From the NCBI GenBank assembly GCA_964016885.1, contig OZ024741.1:212040001-212104000 (forward strand): DNA of 64,000 bases. The letters run 5' to 3'. Within the stretch, counting starts at the first letter, position 1. Every line of letters starts with the position of its first letter. This stretch comes from Eledone cirrhosa. Its lineage: Eukaryota. Positions 54,799-64,000 of the stretch are shown here, piece by piece. The position numbers and the translations under genes are program-made. The notes under the pieces were generated by a model. The model had not been told where the DNA came from and did not search any database. It saw nothing but the letters and a program-made list of their open reading frames with translations.

Positions 54799-55583
54799 GT
54801 AGTAACAAAACAGTTAGTTCCCCATGCCGAGAACAATTGTTTCCCCTTATGCAGATCTTCAGCTTGGCCTGATAATGATTATACGGAAGAGAAAAGGGAG
54901 AACCAACCGTATGAATGTGCATGCGCAGAAACGGTCACTTCTCCCAAGCGATAAACATCCACGGTCGAAAGGTGTAAGGGAGATAACTCCCAATGTCCGG
55001 AATAAATAGTTCGGGTTGATTAAAATATTAGAATGTTAATATTATTCAATCTGGAGCTTTGTAGTTATGTAAGAGGTGTTTCCAGATGCGTGGACAACGT
55101 GATAAAAGTTCAATTCTTGAATTTAGACAATGGCTATTGCGTAAACTCCGTACAATGTTGATCCTTTCTTCAATACACAGTCCACAAGACGGATTACCCC
55201 TTGCGTATGGCTTGGACTTAGTGATAGCTTTCCATTGAATGGAGTAGTCTACACCTGAATCTTTGAGAGACCATACGTGGCTCGCGATCTTCGTAGATCA
55301 TCGTTTGTCGGGGTACCTAAAGGTCGACTGATGGTTCAGGTAAAATGTAAACAGAAATAACAACACAATCGGTACACTATGGAAGGAATATATGAGGTTA
55401 ACGCTTGATATATATTCATTTTATTAAGGCCCAATAGTGAGTCTTGTTACTCTGGAATTTCACCTGTCTACGACTGGTTCATAAATAATAAACTGGCGAA
55501 ACACCAGAGTAACGAGACTCACTATTTAGCCTTAATAAATGAAAATTTAAACTCTGCTTTGGTATTGAGTACTCAACCACATC

Positions 55584-55655
<72 letters not shown>

Positions 55656-55860
55656 AAAGTTCTATTTAAATTGTTGGGATACAAGAAGCAAATATTTTTA
55701 TAACTGATATAAAGCACTCAACAAATAATTGGAGTAAAAATACGATATTAACAAATGGAAACTATATTTATATAACCATATTTATTTCATTATACATATT
55801 TCAAGGACACCAAGTTAAATTATGGTGTGCTTTCATCAGATAAAATATAATATAGAACAG

Positions 55861-56244
55861 TTTAAGTAAGTGCCGTACTAAGAGTGAGAAATGAAATTTC
55901 GTTTTCATTTTATTACAACTCATCGTTTTCGGTGCGCCTGACCGATTGAACTCACTCGATATGCAAATTAGGCTGCTCCGCCGTTAATTTTCATAAGGAA
56001 AGTATATATTTTCGAACGTTCAACTATCTGGCAGATGGGTATACAGTGCTGATGATAGCTAACAAGCTTGAAACTAGTACATCGTTCCTGCGTCAGTGTT
56101 GAACAAAAAGGTGACGTGGTTGCCTTAACACCGTGCGGCATAAATTCAGGCTGTTCAGTTTGTTTACAAACGAACAAAGCGGGCGCTATAATAAGCGTCC
56201 GCTAAACTGATACGTACATACATGTATGTGTACCTGTATGTATA

Positions 56245-56314
<70 letters not shown>

Positions 56315-56757
56315 TGCTACTGTACGTCTGTATACATTTATGTATGTACGTATACATACATACTTACATTTAAGTAAGTGCCGTACTAAGAGTGAGAAAT
56401 GAAATTTCGTTTTCATTTTATTACAACACATCGTTTTCGGTGCGCCTGACCGATTTAACTCACTCGATATGCAAATTAGGCTGCTCAGCCGTTAATTTTC
56501 ATAAGGAAAGTATATACTTTCGAACGTTCAACTATCTGGCAGATGGGTATACGGTGCTGATGATAGCTAACAAGCTTGAAACTCTAACCACTCATCGTTC
56601 CTGTGTCAGTGTTGAAAAAAAAGGTGACGTGGTTGCCTTAACACCGTGCGGCATAAATTCAGGATGTTCAGTTTGTTTACAAACGAACAAAGCGGGCGCT
56701 ATAATAAGCGTCCGCTAAACTGATACGTACACATATGTATGTGTACCTGTATGTATA

Positions 56758-56760
<3 letters not shown>
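55861..56760. repeat. Two near-identical ~390-bp direct repeats separated by (TA)n
   Basis: 55861-56250 and 56369-56760; each ends in hairpin AGCGGGCGCT-ataata-AGCGTCCGCT. Confidence 0.9.
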
Positions 56761-56806
<46 letters not shown>

Positions 56807-56926
56807 GTGTGTGTATATATATATATGTATATACACATATATATATATGTATATACATATATATACATGTACATACACACTTACATATATATATACATAT
56901 ATACATATATATACATATATACATAT

Positions 56927-56994
<68 letters not shown>

Positions 56995-57123
56995 TATACA
57001 CATATATACACATATATACACATATATACACACACATATATATATATATATATATATTCCTGATGAATCCTGATGATCTCTAAAGAATGAAACAGTTCTA
57101 GTCTTTATATATATATATATATA

Positions 57124-57343
57124 TCGACAGGCGATCGACTTTTTGTCAAATCGGATCGAGGAAACAGTGTTTCCATTCGTCTTTCCAATTGCTAATACTA
57201 TCTATCGGTCGCAACTCCAGGTAGAAGGAGCAACGTGAAATAAAGTGTCTTGCCCAAGGACATAACGCATCGCTTGGTCCGGGAATCAACTCACAACCTC
57301 ACGATTGCGAATCTAATTCTCTAACCACTCAGCCACGCGCCTC

Positions 57344-57346
<3 letters not shown>
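57124..57346 (-). mobile_element. tRNA-derived SINE family 2
   Basis: A box TGGCTGAGTGG, a B-box-like motif, and a CORE/Meta-like GTCCTTGGGCAAGACACTT segment; lies within (TA)n. Confidence 0.85.
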
Positions 57347-57384
<38 letters not shown>

Positions 57385-57429
57385 AAATAATAGGAGGCTG
57401 AACTGGTGTAAATCCTTAAAAGGTTTATT

Positions 57430-57487
57430 ATACTATGATCGTTTCAATGATCGGGTGCAGTGTGAATCAGGTGACATCATCAGGTAT
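57430..57487 (-). ncRNA. Hammerhead ribozyme motif
   Basis: Reverse strand: atac-CTGATGA-helix II-GAAAC-gatcATA-gtat-AATAAA. Confidence 0.68.
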
Positions 57488-59307
57488 TCGAAATATAACA
57501 AAGAATATAATAGACAAGATCCATGGGGCTGAAAAATCAGAGACATGAGGGCGACTGAACATTTAGCTTCTTCTACCCCGGTCGGCAGCCCTCAATGTGG
57601 TGATTATTAAGCCTACTTATGTCCATCTGGTGAAGGAGCGTAGGCTTATAGTGTACTACTACCACCCCGTCAAAGACAGAGGCCAGCGTTGAGATTAGGT
57701 TACAATCAAGCTGGTCATTAGTGCTAGAAAGTGCCGCGAAAAATATTTTTTCAAAGAACATATATCTTTAACAAAGCTATATACAGTAATATATAGTGGG
57801 CATCTGCATGGTATAATGTATGGACAGAAATTACTATTAACTATTAGAATCGTTAAATTTATGTTTAGAGTTAGAAGATGCCATTTAAGATGAAATTACA
57901 AAAATAAGGTTTAGGTTTAAGGTTGTGAGATTTAGTTAAAGAATTTACAGAAGGAGGCTTTTATGAAAAGGTTTAAGTCTATTATAGACAGTCACGATAA
58001 ATTTCAGGTAGAATATAGTGTAAAGATTAAGCCTATGCTTAGCGGTCAATAACCAGCGACGTTGCTGACCCCCGGCCAGCCCTAGGGCCAACGGTGTGTT
58101 AGCCGTTCCGAGTATTATCGTCTAGCGAAAGAAATGGAAATTTATTTTTCCGAGCACTCCAGGAATGTTAACTGTCTTAGGCGTCAGGTGTGTTAGCGGG
58201 AAGTCCGCCACCGTCGGCTGGCTATTGTATATACTAAACGATTACTAGTTATTCACACTGTTGGGGGATTAGTTAAGTGCTAGTAGAAGAAGGCATGATA
58301 AAGTTAAAAGTTATGATTAAGCCTAGAATTTAAAGGTACTGTTTGGTGGTCAATAACCGGTGGCCCGGTGGGTTCCAAGTCTGACAAGGCCCAGGGCAAA
58401 GCAGCCGTTCCGAGTATTATCGTTTACCGAAAGAAAGGGAAATCTATTTTTCCAAGCACTCGAGGGAGGCTGATCGACCCGAGCGCCTGGCTGGCAGTCT
58501 GGAAAGCCGCCACATCCTTCGGATCATCGCGTGTACCAAACGATTTTTAGTTATTCACACCGGTGATGTGAAATTGAAAGTGGTAAAATCTGATGAAATG
58601 TGCAAATAGACTATATTTAGTCCCCAGTTAGTCCGGGTTATATGTAGTGTGATTCCTGGGTGGGTAGGGGGAGTGAATAAAGATAAACATATATAAGGGT
58701 ACAGAGAGTAATATTCTCGGGTCGTGTGCTAATGAGTACAAGGTTACGTATATGATGCGAGTAAAGGGAGTAAATGAAACCATAAGTAAAATACATAATT
58801 AAAATGCAGTCGTACCTAGGGTGGTGATGTAGAGAGTAAAAAGGAAGTATATAAGAACATATCGAAGAAATCAAAATACAGAAGAACTAAAATACAGATC
58901 TAGGTGCAGTAAGTGTACAATATATAGCACGGTCGGAGAATACAAGGTTATACATATAGATATAGAGGATGGAAGAGTTGGAATGGTATCAGGTGATACC
59001 TAGTGTATGTTCGAGTCTTAATTTTCAATGTGAATCACAAAAGCCCTGAAATATAGGATAGAAAATTCAGTCAATACAATACAGGTTATAGTAGATTATG
59101 TTGATTATTTAAAGAAACTATGAGGTCTGGCGGAGTCTGAATATTCCCGACAGGGAAGCAGCAAAGCATGGTCCAGGTGTGTGTGTGTGGGGGGGGGGGG
59201 AGGGAGACAAAGCTCAATGCAGCCAAAATTCGAATGGAGTGTAGTTAGTCCATGCTGGCGAAAGCTGTACACTGGAATCAGTGCCGTTGTTCATTATTAC
59301 ATCTGAA

Positions 59308-59730
59308 AGCCATGCTTTCCAGCATAGTTACGTCCTCCCTTTACAGTCTGAGTTCAAATCCCGCCGAGGTTAACTTTGCCTTTCATCCTTACGGGGTCGA
59401 TAAAATAAAGTACCAGTAATGTACTGGGTAATTGATGGCCTTGTGCCAAAAGTAGAAACAATTATTACATCTGAAAGCGCTCGACATTTCCTGGAGTATT
59501 ATGGTGGATTGGCAGTATCGGTAGAGAGTCGGACGCCATGCTTTCCAGCATAGTTACGTCCCTCTACGATCTGAGTTCAAATTGACTTTGCCTTTCATCC
59601 TTACGGGGTCGATAAAATAAAGTACCAGTAATGCACTGGGTAATTGCTGGCCTTGTGCCTAAAGTAGAAACAATTATTTATTTGTACTGGGTAATTGCTG
59701 GCCTTGTGCCTAACGTAGAAACAATTATTT
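59308..59730 (+). mobile_element. Tandem partial SINE family 1 copies
   Basis: Repeated gagttcaaa..ctttgcctttcatccttacggggtcgataaaataaagtaccagta. Confidence 0.85.
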
Positions 59731-59923
59731 ATTTAAGTTTGTTGGTTCACCACTGGATAGAACTGGTCATTCCGTAGGGTCAACCTGGATGTAATATTAT
59801 GGAGAGCACTCAACGTAATGCAACTCATCCGTCTTCGTTTGTGTAGTTGGTGGTGCGAGTATGGAGTTAATTATTATAAAATAACAGGATGCTGGACTGG
59901 TGTAATTCCTTAAAAGGTTTATT

Positions 59924-59981
59924 ATACTATGATCATTTCAATGACCGGGTTCAGTATGAATCCGGTGACACCATCAGGTAT
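59924..59981 (-). ncRNA. Hammerhead motif, paralog of 57430 (CUGAUGG core variant)
   Basis: Inside direct repeat 59878-60020 vs 57385-57540; palindromic ATGATCAT helix III. Confidence 0.6.
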
Positions 59982-61227
59982 TCGAAATATAACAAAAGAA
60001 TATAATAGACAAAATCCATTGATTTTTCAGCCCCATGGATTTTGTCTATTATATTCTTAAAAATTAAGAAGGAAGATCATTTAAAAAAAATTTAAATTAA
60101 AATTTTTAAAGAAAATACTCAGTAAATAATCCTATTATTTACTGATTATTTTCTTTAAAAATTAAAATTAAAATTTTTTTTAATGATCTTCCGTAGTTTT
60201 AAAATATTTTTACTATTTTTACCATTTGACATTTTTTTCTTAATGATACTTCTCTAAATATATTTTTTAAAGATGAAGATTGATAATATTTTATTGACAT
60301 TCTGAAAGTTTATCCTCTTTACGATAGTTCTTCGAAATGTACATTACTTTTTTCCTCTTCTTTGATCTTCAAACTTTCACACATCTTTCGACTAAAATAA
60401 TATATAATTGAAATTAATCTCACACAAAATAATATATAATTTTCTCTATATATTTTCCGAGTAAATCATTCATCAAATTTAACGGTTAGCAAACAAGATT
60501 GGAGTTATCTTTTCCTTTTCAATCGTGCAAACATAAACATTATGTTATAATATAATATGTATGATAAACTATATAACTTCGCTAAATTAACAATATTCTG
60601 AAAACATTTTCAATGTTGTAACAAAATATTTGAATCTACAAATTGTTCTCTTACAACTTGAACTACGTGTTTTTTTTATGTAAAATGCAGAATCAACATC
60701 CTTCGTAACTCATATGAGAAATGTAAAAACTAATAACTGTAACTTATTTCTATTTCTATAATACTTATACATGCACAATTATTAATCTATATAGATATTT
60801 ATATACTTACAACCTGTTGTAATGTAATAAGATAAAATCTACTTACAACCATAATTCTTCATATAATCTAATTGATTATATATACAATATTATAATTTAT
60901 AATACAGCTAAATAAATGTTAAATTCTGGAACCATATTCCACCATTCCCGCAAATTGTTAATTCCTCTTAAATTAACGTAAATACAAGCTCTTCTTTCTT
61001 TTTTTCTTATTCCTACTTATACATATATATTCCTAATAATTATTAAAATTCTGCATAGCGTCTAAAAATAACGTTTTTTCAACCCTATACCTCAACCTCA
61101 TTTGCATGCTCATCTTAATAATTTGAAATATTTGACTTTTCTTCTATTTTCCTTCACTATCCAAGAAAAACTTGAACCGTTAAGGTATCTTTTCTTGGTT
61201 ATGTCAATAACTATCAAACAAACTTTG

Positions 61228-61288
61228 TATTTTATCTGATGAGGGCGTACCAAAGTTTTAGTACCCTTGAAATATATATAATAGAATA
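61228..61288 (+). ncRNA. Minimal type I hammerhead ribozyme
   Basis: tattttat-CTGATGA-gggcgtac/gtaccc-tt-GAAA-tatatATA-atagaata; 8-bp stem I; AATAAA overlaps the end. Confidence 0.78.
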
Positions 61289-61499
61289 AATATGGATTTA
61301 TAAATATAGTTTCCATTTATTTAATATCATTGTATATATATGTATATATATATACATATATATATACATATATATATATATACATACATTATATATATAT
61401 ATATACATATATATATAGATTTTGAGTTTATGTTGGTTGTATACCAACACCTCAGTATGCAGGCTGGAGCACTCGACGAAGTGCGCAGGTTGGTTTGGT

Positions 61500-64000
61500 T
61501 ACTCCGGAGTAGTGTAAAATAAAGTTAAATAAAAGTCAAATGATTAAAATTTAGCTTCGTTTATTACTGCTATATATATTTCAGTGACAGCCATCTTTGG
61601 CTGTGACCTCTTCAGGCAGTTTGAATTAGTATGGTATAGACAAGTACATATGTTGTTTAGGTGTATGATATTGTCAATACTCTGATATGCCCAGTTCCTT
61701 GCTGGGTTGTTAATTCACTGGGGAACTGGAGTCATATGAATTCAAACAAACGAATTTTCGTGTCACAGGTCCCCTTCTCCTCTCATTGGTCAGTTATTAG
61801 TGTTGTCATTGTTGGAGTTAGCTTAAAAATTGATAAAATGGTAGAAGGGACAAGGTGTTGAAGGAACAAAATATCAAAAAATGTGTCAAACTTCCCATTG
61901 TTCAGTTCTGAGAGCATTCCTCAGTCAGAAGTCTATAGAATTCTTTCTGGGGTGAGGCTCCCTGTAGTGTTTATGCCTGCTATTGTTCAGTACATTTGAC
62001 CTCCACCATTATTTTGGTACTGTTGTTGTTGTAGTGGTCAGCTTATATCTTGCTGCTGCTAACAATTTAGAAGTATTAAGTTTGTGTTTTCTCTTCATCC
62101 CACCCGCCACCATCGTAGTGGTGGTGGCGGGGGGGGGGGGGGGTTATTTCATGTATATGAAGAAATATAAGGCAATAAATGAAGAAAACAGAAGATAAAT
62201 AAATAATATAATAAAATAAAATAATTAATATAATTTGTGTAATTTGAAAATAAATAAATAAATAGAGAATAAAGAATAAAGAGTAAATGAGAGATTGGTG
62301 AAAAAGTAATGATAATGTATATGGAGAAGTGAGAAATAATGTAGGATAAAGTGTGTGTGTGTGTGTGCTATAACCAATCTCAAGGTCAGAATATGTTGGA
62401 TAGATTGGTATGATACAAGATGTTAAGATGAGATATTCAATGTGTTTGTGTTATAATCTATCTCAACTTAAAATAAATATAAGGTTATACAGTGAAGAGG
62501 GCAGAAAACAAATAACAAATTAATATAGAGAAATCAAGATTTAAGATTGGAACTTTAAAATCTAAAGAACTAAAGAAAAGCTTGGCCCGATTGTTCTTTG
62601 GAGCACTTGACAAATGCTTCCCGAGGGACCACAGATACCACAGGATCTTCAACAGACACACTGTGAAGCTTTCGTATTCCACCACGAGAAATTTGGCCCA
62701 ACACATAGCTAGCATCAACAGAAGTAGGCTTAAAAACCACACACAACCAGAAGATGGCAATACAAACACTCAGCAGAACCATGTGAAAGGAGGGAAGGGG
62801 GGACCCAGAGCCCACCCAAGAAACACAAACAGACCCAAGGACCCCCCACCGAGCATGGGGGAAGACCAACATGTAACACATAATGAGAACCCTAATCTAA
62901 GCACGCAGAGGCCGCCCACCCTCTGCAACTGTAGAAACCCCGAATCATACCCCCTTGGTAATGAATGTCTCAAGAAGAACATAGTGTACGGTTGTAGGGT
63001 TAAAACCCCCAACTCCGAACACCTCTACATAGGAGCCACATCAACGAGCTTTAAGGACCGCTGGTACAACCATCGCCATTAATTCAAGAAGGAGGCCAAA
63101 AGGAAAAGCACAGCTCTCTCCGACCTGATCTGGAAGCTTAAGCTGGACAGGACCCCATACTCTTTGGCCTGGTACATAATCAGGAAAGTACCACCCGATA
63201 AAGGGGGATCTTGCATATGCAAACTATGCCTGAACGAGACCCTCGAGATACTAAGAGGTGGAAGCGGCCTCATAAACCTCAGAACCGAGTTCTTCGGGAC
63301 ATGCAGACACCTTAGAGCCGGGACCTTTCTCAAAATATATGGACAGTAGCAACACAAGAAGATGTGAACTCCCCTCAAGCTATAGGGACTTCTACAGAAC
63401 ATGAAAACACCTCTCGGCCAGACCTCCCTCAAGCTATATGGACAATTACAACACTCTAGGTTGTGAACTCCCCTCAAGCCATAGGGAACAACCCAGGCGG
63501 AGCAGACACCATGATAGCCTAGAGACAGAATCGGACACAGCCATAATAATCTGGCCAACATCTATAACACAAACACTTTTAATTTACCAGATTTCTGACT
63601 TCAAAGTTCCAATCTTAAATCTTGATTTCTCTATATTAATTTGTTATTTGTTTTCTGCCCTCTTCACTGTATAACCTTATATTTATTTTAAGTTGAGATA
63701 GATTATAACACAAACACATTGAATATCTCATCTTAACATCTTGTATCATACCAATCTATCCAACATATTCTGACCTTGAGATTGGTTATAGCACACACAC
63801 ACACACACTTTATCCTACATTATTTCTCACTTCTCCATATACATTATCATTACTTTTTCACCAATCTCTCATTTACTCTTTATTCTTTATTCTCTATTTA
63901 TTTATTTATTTTCAAATTACACAAATTATATTAATTATTTTATTTTATTATATTATTTATTTATCTTCTGTTTTCTTCATTTATTGCCTTATATTTCTTC
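61500..64000 (+). mobile_element. Second Penelope-like (Naiad-type) element, 5'-truncated with inverted 3' copy; runs off the right edge
   Basis: Coding 62561-63349 (IFNRHTVKLSYS, CNC..CL, IVY..YIGAT..FKDRW, CKLCLNE, CRH). 62159-62560 is the reverse complement of 63597-64000. Confidence 0.88.
61566..61620 (-). ncRNA. Minimal type I hammerhead ribozyme
   Basis: Reverse strand: actgc-CTGAAGA-g-gtcacagcc/ggctgtcac-t-GAAA-tatatATA-gcagt-AATAAA; perfect stem I. Confidence 0.82.

Noticed and set aside
57059-57105. CTGATGA..GAAAC hammerhead-like string
   Set aside because: No convincing stem I or helix III.
63322-63490. Spaced ~21-bp repeats (ctcccctcaagctataggga) resembling a CRISPR array
   Set aside because: Four degenerate copies in a PLE 3' region of a eukaryote, with no cas genes.

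Overview
A repeat-dominated animal genomic window with no intact host gene. The SINE families and dense (TA)n/(CA)n microsatellites suggest an octopod cephalopod; this is inference only. 1-3.7 kb holds the 5' half of a minus-strand L1/Tx1-clade LINE. 3.8-8.0 kb is an R4/Dong-type RLE retrotransposon in an (AAT)n tract. 10.1-34.3 kb is a head-to-tail array of four full-length Tx1-like LINEs from three families (A, B, C, A') plus two ~350-bp 3' stubs, with every junction made of (TCTA)n. 34.3-64 kb is AT-rich, with SINEs, a Helitron end, a CRE-type fragment, two decayed Penelope-like (Naiad-type) elements and about nine hammerhead ribozyme motifs, several degenerate. Most notable: every Tx1-like copy has a consensus 5' splice donor at the end of ORF1, and every visible ORF2 end has a 3' acceptor on its stop codon. 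ORF2 therefore appears to lie inside one intron whose removal gives an ORF1-only mRNA with a stop within 0-3 codons. All calls were made by eye, with no alignment or database search.
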